Assembly (NCBI GenBank): GCA_034530615.2
Contig: JAVRCV020000028.1
Coordinates: forward strand, 1 to 64,000
DNA length: 64,000 nt
Direction of reading: 5' to 3'
From: Aulosira sp. ZfuVER01
GTDB taxonomy: Bacteria > Cyanobacteriota > Cyanobacteriia > Cyanobacteriales > Nostocaceae
Shown: piece after piece, positions 53,934 through 64,000 of the stretch
Numbering within the stretch: the stretch's first letter is position 1
Layout: the number at the start of each line of letters is the position of its first letter
Notes under the pieces: model-generated
Seen by the model: only the letters and a program-made list of their open reading frames with translations
Databases searched by the model: none
What the model was told of the DNA's origin: nothing
Translations under genes and position numbers: made by a program

Positions 53934-55067
53934 CTAATTATTTCCAATCGGTAAATTAACAATAAACGTTGTACCAATTCCCGGTTTACTAGCAAAAGAA
54001 ATATCTCCACCATGCAACTCTACATAATGTTTCACAATTGCTAAACCCAAACCATTACCGGGAATATTGCCTACATTACTACATCTGTGAAAAGAATTGA
54101 ACAAATTTTCTTGATCGGCTTCAGGGATACCAATACCTTCATCTTGAATCCGGAAAATAACTTCGCCTGGTACATAAAAAATTTCAAAATGAACTGTGCC
54201 GCCTTTTGGTGAATATTTCACAGCATTTGTTAGCAAATTAGTCAAGATATGGCGGAGCATTTTTTCATCCAAGCTAATCAACTGTGAATTTTGTGTGGTG
54301 ATAGTATTTTTTGTACTGACGCTGCTTCCTTGAACAGTGAATATAATATTGTGATTTTCGCTAGCACTTAATTTAATATCCGCTATTAAATTTTTGCAAA
54401 ATTTTGCTAGATCCAATGGCTCTGGATTAAATTGAGCTTTACCTGTTTCTGCTTTACCCATCAACAGAATATCACCCAATAAATGCTCCAGGTGTTGCAC
54501 AGAATTTTGAATATGAGTGAGATATTCATCTTTCTTAGCTTCGTTTAATTGATGGCTATGATCTGTAAGTAATTCAGTACAAGTAAAAATATTACTTAAA
54601 GGATTACGGAATTCATGACTGATCATCGAGAAAAATTGGCTTTTTGTTTTTTGATGTTCTTTCTCTTTTTCTAACGCTTTACGCATTAGAACTTCAGTCT
54701 GATGCTTATTCAGAGCAATTTCAATAGTAGTAATTAATTGAGTTTCTTCAAATGGTTTAAGTATATAGCCAAACGGCTGGGTAGTCTTGGCTTTTTGTAA
54801 GTTACTCTGATCTGAATAAGCAGTCAGATAAACCACTGGGATATTAAAACGAGTGCCAATTTCAGCAGCAGCTTCTATACCACTCATCTCACCTTTTAAC
54901 ATGACATCCATCAAAACTAAATCTGGAGATAATTCTCCGGCTTTGATAATTGCTTGTTCTCCATAAGCAGCAATCGCTGGAACGGTATATCCTGCTTTCT
55001 CTAGACAAGATTTGATATCACAGGCAATAATTATTTCATTCTCAACAACCAGGATTTTTTCCTTCAT
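53934..55067 (-). CDS. Hybrid response regulator - histidine kinase
   Basis: REC (ILVVENE, DLVLMD, KPF), H-box SHEFRNPL, NAVKYS, GNGLGL. Confidence 0.92.
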   Translation of the reverse strand: MKEKILVVENEIIIACDIKSCLEKAGYTVPAIAAYGEQAIIKAGELSPDLVLMDVMLKGEMSGIEAAAEIGTRFNIPVVYLTAYSDQSNLQKAKTTQPFGYILKPFEETQLITTIEIALNKHQTEVLMRKALEKEKEHQKTKSQFFSMISHEFRNPLSNIFTCTELLTDHSHQLNEAKKDEYLTHIQNSVQHLEHLLGDILLMGKAETGKAQFNPEPLDLAKFCKNLIADIKLSASENHNIIFTVQGSSVSTKNTITTQNSQLISLDEKMLRHILTNLLTNAVKYSPKGGTVHFEIFYVPGEVIFRIQDEGIGIPEADQENLFNSFHRCSNVGNIPGNGLGLAIVKHYVELHGGDISFASKPGIGTTFIVNLPIGNN

Positions 55068-55080
55068 TTTTAGACTATCC

Positions 55081-57807
55081 TTAGTTTTGTTCGCTAAAAG
55101 TAATTGTGAATGAAGTTCCTAATGACGTATTAAATGTAATCATTCCTTCTAACTGCTCTACCAAACTCCAAACTAATTTCAAACCCAGTGATTGATTTCT
55201 ATAGATTTCTATGTCTTTAGATAACCCCACACCGTTATCGCTAACAATTAATGAATATTGGTTTTTATCTGTCTCTATAAGTTCTACATAAATATCACCT
55301 TGCTGGTTATTTGCAAAAGCGTGTTTTATGGAATTAGTGACTAATTCATTGAGAATTAAACCACAGGAAATGGCAGTATCTATTTTTAACGAGATATTTT
55401 TAATATTTAAATGGATTTTGTTTTTAGAGTTTACTCCATAAGAACGTAATAAATTATTAGTTAAGCTCCTTACATAATCACAAAATTCAATTTTTGTGAT
55501 GTCATGAGACTGATATAAGTTTTCATGAATTATTGCCATAGCTCGGACACGATTATGGCTATCTTGAAAAATTTCTAAAGTTTCACCATCTTTAACGTAT
55601 CTTGTTTGTAGACGTAACAAACTGGAGATAATTTGTAAATTATTTTTAACGCGATGGTGAATTTCTTTTAAGAGAATTTCTTTCTCTTTTAAAGATACTT
55701 TGAGTTTATTTTCTACTTGTGTTCTAGCAGTAATATCAGTATTTGAACCAGCTATAAAACACTCATTGCTTTGGGTATCACAAAGGAATGTACCACGGCT
55801 GAGGAACCATATACAGCTACCATCTTTGTTAAGCATTCGATGCTCAATTTCGTATTTCGGAGTGATTCCTGCTAAATACTGATTTAGGGCATTTTTTACA
55901 TACTCAATATCATCAGGATGAACAAAATTTAACCATTCATCATAAGATTTAGGGATTTCCTGATCTGTATAGCCAAGCATAGCTTGCAAGTTGGGATCTA
56001 TGTAAATTTCATTAGTTTTAATATTCCATTCCCATATACCTACTTTCCCCGCATTAATGGCTCGAATATATCTTTCTTCACTGATTCTGAGTGCTTGCTC
56101 TACACGCTTGCGTTCTAAAGCATTTCCGAGAATTTCTCCTACCATTTTTAGCATGGTAATACTATCTGCTGTCCAAGTTTTTGTAGTTTTAACTGAGTCA
56201 AATTCTAAATAGCCAATCAGCAAACCACTACATACTATGGGCACAATAATTAGTGATTGAATATTTTGTGTAGTTAAATCTAGTTTTGTTGTGCTGACTG
56301 TCACTAGCAAGTCATTAACATGAGGAAGATGAAGAGTTTCAAAGTTACTTAGTTTTTCTCTTCCCCAGGATAAAACTACATCTCTAATATCTTGTAAGTT
56401 ATCAATTTGCTTTTCTATACCATCGGCATACCATTTATAGGTATCGTCTATCTTAGTATCTTCATCAAGTACAAATACATAAGCACAATCGACATTAGTA
56501 ACTTCGCCAATTAGCTGTAATGCTTGGTTAATACCGTTCTCAATCTCATCAGGAGCAAGATTAATAAAATGGGTTGATATAGCAGTAATCAGTTTTTCAA
56601 GTTCAACCCGATATCGTAAGGCCTCTTCGATACGCTGGCGTTCACTAATTTCTTGTAGCAAACGGCTATTAGTATCTTTTAATTCTTGTGTTCTCTCTTC
56701 AATGCGAATTTCTAGTTCTCCTTTAGCTTTCTGCAATGCTTCTTGTACTTGCTTGCATTCAGAAATATTGCGGATAATGGCAATGATTTGATGCTGAACT
56801 GATGGTAATAGCCGTGCTTCAAAAGTTGCTTCTTCTCCCGCTATTAGCAAAGAATATTCAATTGCTACAAGGGAATTTGTTTGCTGTACTTGCAAAATAG
56901 CTTTGAGGAATTTAGCACCAACATTCGCTGGGAAAACCTCTTGCATTTTTTTGCCGATAAAATCTTCTGGAGGTAGATAAAATTCTGAAGTTTGTTTAGC
57001 GTAGTAACTCAGAATTGTCCCATCTTGATCGAGCCGAAAATATAGATCGGGAAATACTTGAAATATTTCTTGTAGTTCAGAAGTAGTTTGCAGGAGTTGT
57101 GCTTCTATAGTAATGCGATCGCATATTCCTTGTTGCAACTGCTTATTAGCTGCTATTAATTCTGTAGTTGCTCGATCAATGCGTCTTTCTGACTCTTCTT
57201 CAGCTTTTTTTAAGCTCATTTCTAATGAACAACGTTGTGCAATTTCTAATTGCAAATTTTCTGTGATTTTGGCAAGTTCTTTTTGCAAACCAAAAGCCAG
57301 GCTTTCTGGTGTAACAATTCCTAATAATTGTCCTTGCTCATTCACAATTGGTAGATGAGTTATGCCATACTGCTGTATGAGAGTCAATGTTTTATTAACA
57401 TCAAAATCTGCCGCTAAAGTAATCACAGGTTCTCTCATCACTTCAGCAAGTTTAACTGCTGCCAAATTCATTCCAGAATTAATAAGCCTGATTACGTCAG
57501 CAAGTGTAACTATACCTAATAATTGCAATTTATCTACAACATATATGCAATCAATAGGCCGATTAATTTGATTATTTGGTGAAGTTTTTTTGCTAACACC
57601 AAGATGATTGAAAGTAGGCAGCGATTGTCCTGCAACTACTTTAACTTGGCTGCGGTAAGTATGTAAACTGTGAGCAGCCACAAATGAGCCATTATCTATG
57701 CCAATGTTTTCTCCTGCTTGTCCCATATAAATGAGAATTTCTTTTAAAGGTGTGTGAGGAGCAAAAGTCAAGATAAAGTCTTGGATGACATAGTCTAATA
57801 CAGGCAT
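55081..57807 (-). CDS. CBS-PAS-GAF-PAS sensor histidine kinase (HisKA_2 type)
   Basis: CBS pair (LLGIVT), PAS (VHPDD), [29 protein letters not shown]. Confidence 0.9.
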   Translation of the reverse strand: MPVLDYVIQDFILTFAPHTPLKEILIYMGQAGENIGIDNGSFVAAHSLHTYRSQVKVVAGQSLPTFNHLGVSKKTSPNNQINRPIDCIYVVDKLQLLGIVTLADVIRLINSGMNLAAVKLAEVMREPVITLAADFDVNKTLTLIQQYGITHLPIVNEQGQLLGIVTPESLAFGLQKELAKITENLQLEIAQRCSLEMSLKKAEEESERRIDRATTELIAANKQLQQGICDRITIEAQLLQTTSELQEIFQVFPDLYFRLDQDGTILSYYAKQTSEFYLPPEDFIGKKMQEVFPANVGAKFLKAILQVQQTNSLVAIEYSLLIAGEEATFEARLLPSVQHQIIAIIRNISECKQVQEALQKAKGELEIRIEERTQELKDTNSRLLQEISERQRIEEALRYRVELEKLITAISTHFINLAPDEIENGINQALQLIGEVTNVDCAYVFVLDEDTKIDDTYKWYADGIEKQIDNLQDIRDVVLSWGREKLSNFETLHLPHVNDLLVTVSTTKLDLTTQNIQSLIIVPIVCSGLLIGYLEFDSVKTTKTWTADSITMLKMVGEILGNALERKRVEQALRISEERYIRAINAGKVGIWEWNIKTNEIYIDPNLQAMLGYTDQEIPKSYDEWLNFVHPDDIEYVKNALNQYLAGITPKYEIEHRMLNKDGSCIWFLSRGTFLCDTQSNECFIAGSNTDITARTQVENKLKVSLKEKEILLKEIHHRVKNNLQIISSLLRLQTRYVKDGETLEIFQDSHNRVRAMAIIHENLYQSHDITKIEFCDYVRSLTNNLLRSYGVNSKNKIHLNIKNISLKIDTAISCGLILNELVTNSIKHAFANNQQGDIYVELIETDKNQYSLIVSDNGVGLSKDIEIYRNQSLGLKLVWSLVEQLEGMITFNTSLGTSFTITFSEQN

Positions 57808-58549
57808 ATTGGCAACTTTTAATAACTACATTAATGCTGTAGCAACTCATTCAGTTGAAGAGTTAAAAATGTCAAGAATAATTATCGTCTAGCTCAATTA
57901 TTCTCCATAAGGCTGATAGAATGGAAATTCTAAATTCCTCTTAATCTAATTATTCATCTGAAGAATCAAAAATTACAGCGTTTTCAGTAAAAGCTATCTA
58001 GGAAATATTACTGTTAACACCAAGCTATAGCACTTCAAGATCGCAATTGCTCTCATCAAAAAGTGCAAAGATGAATAAAGAGGACGAAATAATCTTTACT
58101 ACTAGAACGCTAATAGCAGTTTTTAGTATAATTGCTTATTCATGAAGATATCATACTCAGATAAGCGTAAATGCTGTCTCACATCAGACCGATCTGATGT
58201 GGTATGGTGATAGATTGATGACATTGCTACCCTGAAAAATAAATATACGATTTATGGTCATATAACGCCTATATCGGTCAAATATGACTAATATAGATTT
58301 TAAGATGACAATTTCCTATAGTCAGCTTAAGTCATCATTAGTGTTATTTCTTCCGTGTTTATACTTAAAAATTTTTATCGAGTATTAAGTTAAATTAGAA
58401 ACTTTATATTCTAAAATTGCCGCATTTTCGCAGCCCCTAAACATGGAAATTCCTTATTGCCTGAGAAAAGTTCCAATAGCTAAAGGCACTCAGCACTTTT
58501 TTAGTGAAGTTAGCCAGTAAATTAGAGATAGGGCGTAAAAAATAAACTG

Positions 58550-59836
58550 ATGAAAGCGATCGCTTCTAGTCTGGCATCTATCGTCAATGAAGAAAATGCT
58601 GTCTATCTCTGGGAAAATCTTGAACCCACACGTAAAGAATCTATCCAAAAGGCAATGGCTACTGGTAGATACCCCAGTTGTATTGTCTATCCCCGCACTC
58701 AAGAACAACTAGCCGCCATTATTGCAGAAGCACACCGCCAAAATTGGCGTGTCCTCCCCTGTGGTAGTAGTAGCAAACTTAGCTGGGGTGGTTTGGCTCA
58801 GGATATTGATGTGGTAGTGAGTACAGAACGCATCAATCAACTGATTGAACACGCCGTTGGAGATTTGACTGTCACGGTAGAAGCTGGCATGAAGTTCTCC
58901 GAACTCCAAGGAATTTTGGCAAAATCTCGGCAATTTTTGGCGCTTGACCCCACTGCACCAGAGTTGGCAACCATTGGCGGTATAGTTGCTACAGCTAATA
59001 CAGGTTCCCTCAGACAACGTTATGGTAGTGTGCGCGACCAGTTGCTAGGTATTACCTTTGTACGTGCTGATGGTCAAATTGCCAAAGCTGGGGGAAGAGT
59101 AGTGAAAAATGTCGCAGGATATGACCTGATGAAGTTGTTTACTGGGTCTTATGGCTCATTGGGGATTATCACTCAAGTAACATTCAGAGTTTACCCGCAG
59201 CAAGAAGCTTCAGCAACGGTGGTACTAACTGGCACAGCAGAGACGATATCTAACGCTGCTGCTACTTTACGAGGTTCGGCGTTAACACCAACCCAAGCTG
59301 ATTTACTATCTACTAAACTCGTATCTAGCTTAGGTTTGGGTAAAGGATTGGGATTAATTACCCGGTTTCAAAGTATTAGCGAAAGTGTCAACGAACAAGC
59401 AAATCGAATGTTGGAAGTTGGGCAACAATTAGAATTAGCTGGAAACCTTTATGTAGCCAAGGATGAAGCTAATTTATGGCAGAGATTGCCAGAACAAATG
59501 CACTCTTCTGTTACAGATTTCCCGATTACTTGCAAAATAGGAGTATTACCTAGTGCTGCTGTTGAAGTTTTAAATAAAGTAGAAATGGGGTTGATTCACA
59601 TTAGTAGTGGATTGGGAGTTTTGAGTTTAAATAGCCAAAAACAAGCTTTGAAAATGCGCGATATCTGCCAAGTTCATAGTGGGTTTCTTTCTATTTTAGA
59701 AGCACCAAATACAGTAAAAGAGAAATCTGATGTGTGGGGATATACGGGTAATGCTTTGGATTTGATGCGCCGTATCAAAGCACAGTTTGACAGTAAGAAT
59801 ATTTTAAGTCCTGGTCGATTTGTGGGTGGAATTTAG
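58550..59836 (+). CDS. glcE: FAD-binding glycolate oxidase subunit GlcE-like
   Basis: DLTVTVEAG, ATIGG, GGRVVKNVAGYDL.KL..GS.GSLG, ILSPGRF. Confidence 0.85.
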   Translation: MKAIASSLASIVNEENAVYLWENLEPTRKESIQKAMATGRYPSCIVYPRTQEQLAAIIAEAHRQNWRVLPCGSSSKLSWGGLAQDIDVVVSTERINQLIEHAVGDLTVTVEAGMKFSELQGILAKSRQFLALDPTAPELATIGGIVATANTGSLRQRYGSVRDQLLGITFVRADGQIAKAGGRVVKNVAGYDLMKLFTGSYGSLGIITQVTFRVYPQQEASATVVLTGTAETISNAAATLRGSALTPTQADLLSTKLVSSLGLGKGLGLITRFQSISESVNEQANRMLEVGQQLELAGNLYVAKDEANLWQRLPEQMHSSVTDFPITCKIGVLPSAAVEVLNKVEMGLIHISSGLGVLSLNSQKQALKMRDICQVHSGFLSILEAPNTVKEKSDVWGYTGNALDLMRRIKAQFDSKNILSPGRFVGGI

Positions 59837-59859
59837 GTTTTAAACGAACCGCCAAGACG

Positions 59860-59903
59860 AGCCAGTGCGTTGGACGGGTTTCCCGGCTTGAAGCAACTGG
59901 CGT
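59860..59903. mobile_element. 44-bp structured dispersed repeat (same family as 12720-12763)
   Basis: AGCCAGTGCGTTGGACGGGTTTCCCGGCTTGAAGCAACTGGCGT, sitting in a GCCAAG tandem repeat. Confidence 0.75.
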
Positions 59904-59939
59904 AGCCAAGGAAGCCAAGAGAGAGGGGATAGGGGTTTT

Positions 59940-61295
59940 ATGCAAGTTTCAGAAAATTATGTTAATAATACGGCAAGTTTGAAGAATTTACAGGGTTTCG
60001 ATGGAAATCATCCACCAGATCCAAAGTTAATTGATAGTTGTGTGCATTGTGGATTTTGTCTTTCGACTTGTCCTAGTTATCGGGTGCTGGGTAAGGAGAT
60101 GGATTCTCCCAGAGGACGCATCTATTTAATGGATGCAATTAATGAAGGTGAAATTGCACTTAATACGGCAACGGTAGAACATTTTGATTCTTGTTTGGGG
60201 TGTCTGGCTTGTGTAACAACTTGTCCTTCTGGTGTACAGTATGACAAGTTAATTTCTGCAACTCGTCACCAAGTTGAACGTAACTATACGCGCAGTTTGC
60301 CAGATAAATTAGTTCGTCAACTCATATTTTCTCTGTTTCCCAACCCTGATATTTTGAGAATTTTACTCGTACCATTATTGCTTTATCAAAAGTTGGGTGT
60401 TTCCAAATTCATTCGCGCTACGGGTTTACTCAAAAATATATCTCCTCGTTTGGCAGCAATGGAATCAATTCTGCCAGAAATTACTTTGAAAACTTTTCAA
60501 AATAATTTACCGACGGTTATTCCAGCACAGGGTAAGAAGCGTTACCGAGTCGGGGTAATTTTGGGATGTGTGCAACGGCTATTTTTCTCTCCCGTTAATG
60601 AAGCTACGGTGCGGGTATTGACAGCGAATGGTTGTGAAGTTGTGATTCCGCAATCGCAAGGTTGTTGTGCGGCCCTTCCCGAACACCAAGGACAAACCGA
60701 ACAAGCGAAAGCTTTAGCCAGACAGATGATTGATAGTTTTGCAAAGACTGATGTAGATTTTGTCATTATCAATGCTGCTGGTTGCGGACATACATTGAAA
60801 GAGTACGGTCACATTTTAGAAGATGACTCAGAATATCGAGAAAAGGCGAAAGAATTTGCGGCTAAGGTAAAAGATGCTCAAGAATTTTTGGCAACTGTGG
60901 GTTTAACAGCGAAACTATTGCCGATAACAGATAAACCTTTGAATTTGGTTTATCAAGATGCTTGTCATTTATTACACGGACAAAAAATTAGCGTGCAACC
61001 GCGTCAGTTATTGCGACAAATTCCTGGTGTGAAGTTAAAAGAACCCTTGGATGCTGCTTTGTGTTGTGGCAGTGCGGGTGTTTATAATATGCTGCAACCG
61101 GAAGTTGCAGAAGAACTAGGTCAGCAAAAGGTACAGAATTTGCTCAATACTGGTGCTAATTTAATTGCTTCTGCTAATCCTGGCTGTACGTTACAGATTA
61201 CTAAGCATTTGCAGTTGCAAGGTAAGAATATTTCTGTAATTCATCCGATGGAGTTGTTGGATTACTCGATTCGGGGCGAAAAGTTGGCAGTTTAA
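59940..61295 (+). CDS. glcF: Glycolate oxidase iron-sulfur subunit
   Basis: Two CxxCxxCxxxCP motifs and two CCG domains (GCCAA, CCGSAG). Confidence 0.9.
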   Translation: MQVSENYVNNTASLKNLQGFDGNHPPDPKLIDSCVHCGFCLSTCPSYRVLGKEMDSPRGRIYLMDAINEGEIALNTATVEHFDSCLGCLACVTTCPSGVQYDKLISATRHQVERNYTRSLPDKLVRQLIFSLFPNPDILRILLVPLLLYQKLGVSKFIRATGLLKNISPRLAAMESILPEITLKTFQNNLPTVIPAQGKKRYRVGVILGCVQRLFFSPVNEATVRVLTANGCEVVIPQSQGCCAALPEHQGQTEQAKALARQMIDSFAKTDVDFVIINAAGCGHTLKEYGHILEDDSEYREKAKEFAAKVKDAQEFLATVGLTAKLLPITDKPLNLVYQDACHLLHGQKISVQPRQLLRQIPGVKLKEPLDAALCCGSAGVYNMLQPEVAEELGQQKVQNLLNTGANLIASANPGCTLQITKHLQLQGKNISVIHPMELLDYSIRGEKLAV

Positions 61296-61429
61296 CTTTA
61301 TTTTCCACTTAAGTTCAGATCCCTGGAAGCAGGAGATCTGAACTTTTCAGCATACAGTCAAATAATTTCTTTTTGCATAAGTAAGTAGACGAGAAAAATC
61401 CAATATATGCAAAGAAATATAAATTATCG

Positions 61430-61514
61430 GTAGGGTGTGTTATGCCGTAGGCTAACGCACCTTTAAAGGTTAATGGTGTGTCGGTGCGTTGCGCTGCGCG
61501 ACAACACACCCTAC
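61430..61514. repeat. REP-like palindromic element
   Basis: GTAGGGTGTGTT...AACACACCCTAC with internal AACGCACC/GGTGCGTT. Confidence 0.7.
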
Positions 61515-61559
61515 ATTTAAGACTACATTTAAGACTTACTTATTACTTACTAAATAACT

Positions 61560-63659
61560 TCAATTTTTAAATTGTAAAATTAAATGATTGCGTTGCGTTA
61601 ATATTGCTTTCCATCCCGGTTCCACTATAATTGTGCTGATTTTTTCGGCAATAATCGCAGGCCCATGAATACTATCTTCAGGTTGTAAATCTTCCCGCCG
61701 ATAAACTGGTGTATCATGCCATTGTTCAGCAGCAAACATCTTGACTATTTCAACAGATTGGGGGGCTGCATTTAACGGACGTTTACGAATAATTAAGGGT
61801 TCTTCGGGAGTATCCATTTTCTGAATTACTTCCACTGATACAGATTCAACAATTAGGCTTTTTTCTAATTGAATAAAGCCGTAGCGAGATTTATGTTCAA
61901 CCTCAAATTTTTCTCGCATTATTGCCACTTCAGAGACGAAATCAACGCTCAAAGTAGAGTTTGTAGCTTCATATTTTAAATTTAATTTTTGAACTACTTG
62001 ATTTTGACTGCTATCTTCATAATCGCTGAGTTCACTTCTCGCCTGAATTGCTAAACTCTCCATTAACTGTTGTAATTGCGGAATTAATGCTGGAGTTAAA
62101 GGCTGTTCTACTCCCTTTTCTCTGATGGCGCGGACATCTGCTAATCCCATTCCGTAAGCAGAGAGAACTCCAGCATAAGGATGTAGAAATATAGTTTTCA
62201 TCCCTAAAGTATTGGCAATTAAACAAGCAACTTGTCCACCTGCGCCGCCAAAACAACAAAGCACATATTGAGTGACATCATAACCTCGTTGTAGACTAAT
62301 CTTTTTAATTGCATTTGCCATATTTTCTACAGCAATAGCAATAAAACCCGCAGCTACGTGTTCGGGGGTAGGAGTGTTTCCTGTGGCTGTTGCAATTTCT
62401 TGAGCTAATTGTTGAAATTTAGATATGACAATATCTTTATCTAATGCTAAATTACCCTCAGTTCCAAAGACTGAAGGAAAATATTGCGGATGAATTTTGC
62501 CTAACATGACATTAGCATCAGTCACCGCTAAAGGGCCACCACGCCGATAACAAGCAGGCCCGGGATTTGAACCCGCCGATTCCGGCCCAACGCGATAACT
62601 AGAACCATCAAAAAATAAAATTGAACCGCCACCAGCTGCAATGGTATTTATCGCTAATACGGGAACTCGCATTCTCGCGCCAGCAATTTCTGATTCTAAC
62701 TGTCGTTCATACTCGCCTTTAAAATGGGCAACATCGGTACTGGTTCCGCCCATATCAAAGGTAATGACTAAGTCGAAACCTGCTCTTTTACTAGTTTGAA
62801 CTGCACCAACAATTCCGCCAGCCGGGCCGCTTAAAATGCTATCTTTACCTTGAAATTGTTCGGCTGCAACTAAACCGCCATCAGACTTCATAAACATCAA
62901 TCTGACTCCAGGTAACTGACTAGCTACTTGGTTAACATAGCGCCGCAAAATCGGAGTTAAATAAGCATCTACAACTGTTGTATCACCTCGGCTAACCAAT
63001 TTCATTAAAGGGCTAACTTTGTGAGATACTGATATTTGCGTAAATCCAATTTCTTGGGCAAGTCGCTCAACTTGTTGTTCGTGCCCATGATAGCGATCGC
63101 TATGCATAAATACAATGGCACAACTCCGAATCCCTGTGTTGTAAACTGCTTGTAAGTCTTTTTTTGCTTGTTCGCTATTTACAGGAATTAATTCTTTCCC
63201 ATAAGCATCATAGCGTTCGTCTACCTCAACCACCTGCTCATAAAGCATGGTTGGTAAAATGATCTGACGGGCAAAAATATCAGGACGGTTTTGGTAGCCA
63301 ATTCGCAATGCATCTTTAAATCCTTTGGTGATGAAAAGGGCTACTCTATCACCTTTTCTTTCTAACAGTGCATTTGTAGCTACTGTTGTCCCCATTTTGA
63401 CTACTTCTATAATTTCAGTAGGGATAGGTTCGTTACTGTTAAGACCGATAATATCCCGAATACCTTGGATTGCTGCATCTTGATATTGTTCGGGATTTTC
63501 TGAAAGTAATTTATAGACTATAATCCATTCGTGATTAGGCAGAGGCACAATTAAAAAACGTTCGGGATGTTTTGAAATTCTTTCTATAATTGCCCGATTA
63601 TTAGTAACAGCGACAATATCTGTAAATGTGCCACCCCGGTCTGCGAAAAATTTTAACAT
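61560..63659 (-). CDS. Hydantoinase A / 5-oxoprolinase N-terminal subunit
   Basis: [49 protein letters not shown]. Confidence 0.92.
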   Translation of the reverse strand: MLKFFADRGGTFTDIVAVTNNRAIIERISKHPERFLIVPLPNHEWIIVYKLLSENPEQYQDAAIQGIRDIIGLNSNEPIPTEIIEVVKMGTTVATNALLERKGDRVALFITKGFKDALRIGYQNRPDIFARQIILPTMLYEQVVEVDERYDAYGKELIPVNSEQAKKDLQAVYNTGIRSCAIVFMHSDRYHGHEQQVERLAQEIGFTQISVSHKVSPLMKLVSRGDTTVVDAYLTPILRRYVNQVASQLPGVRLMFMKSDGGLVAAEQFQGKDSILSGPAGGIVGAVQTSKRAGFDLVITFDMGGTSTDVAHFKGEYERQLESEIAGARMRVPVLAINTIAAGGGSILFFDGSSYRVGPESAGSNPGPACYRRGGPLAVTDANVMLGKIHPQYFPSVFGTEGNLALDKDIVISKFQQLAQEIATATGNTPTPEHVAAGFIAIAVENMANAIKKISLQRGYDVTQYVLCCFGGAGGQVACLIANTLGMKTIFLHPYAGVLSAYGMGLADVRAIREKGVEQPLTPALIPQLQQLMESLAIQARSELSDYEDSSQNQVVQKLNLKYEATNSTLSVDFVSEVAIMREKFEVEHKSRYGFIQLEKSLIVESVSVEVIQKMDTPEEPLIIRKRPLNAAPQSVEIVKMFAAEQWHDTPVYRREDLQPEDSIHGPAIIAEKISTIIVEPGWKAILTQRNHLILQFKN

Positions 63660-63739
63660 TACTTGGTGTATTAAATTATCTAGAAGTAGGATAACGAGGT
63701 AACTGCAAGGATCTCTACTTCAAGTTTGGATTATTGTAG

Positions 63740-63997
63740 CGGACTAACTTAAATACAGAAAAGTCAATTCAATTAAGTTTAGAAACCAGCCGGAAAGGAT
63801 AGTGGGGTACAACCACAAGATATAAGTCTACAGCTATTTCTCCAAGCGAAGATTTTCAGCCGTATGAAGCACGCGCGCATTTTAAGAAAGAAACTGATTC
63901 TGCTAAGGTTCAAATTACTGTGCAATTTGAAACTAGCGGCATTCTTCAGATTAGAAATATTGAATTGCTACAAGCCCCAGCTAAATCATGCTCCTAA
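63740..63997 (+). pseudogene. Possible 3' gene remnant
   Basis: Protein-like frame (..DFQPYEARAHF..SAKVQITVQFETSGILQIRNIELL..) with internal TAG at 63800 and no start codon. Confidence 0.3.
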
Positions 63998-64000
63998 TCA

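Noticed and set aside
58180..58201. Perfect 9-bp palindrome CACATCAGA-CCGA-TCTGATGTG between divergent genes
   Set aside because: Single occurrence, no U-tail and no recognised operator consensus

Overview
Chromosomal window from a filamentous, probably heterocyst-forming (Nostocales-type) cyanobacterium. The assignment rests on dense HIP1 GCGATCGC sites, STRR heptamer repeats, a HetZ-related gene and a TftA-like gene. Housekeeping genes include pntAB, dnaG, rbfA, glgP, a type-2 NADH dehydrogenase, glcE/glcF, larC, a probable mcdAB carboxysome-positioning pair and several kinases. The main accessory features are: (1) a compact orphan two-module NRPS (A-T-C-A-T-TE) directly downstream of a DUF6875-like enzyme, with an unusual first A-domain code; (2) an orphan 6-repeat CRISPR array, with no cas genes in the window, whose degenerate trailer abuts a PIN toxin gene; (3) a heavily decayed Dam-family methylase overlapping an intact PD-(D/E)XK nuclease next to rbfA; (4) an Rpn-family pseudogene broken by a nested pair of very small structured mobile elements; (5) a candidate terminator-bounded sRNA; and (6) many MITE/REP-like elements. 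All family calls come from motif recognition by eye; no database searches were run.
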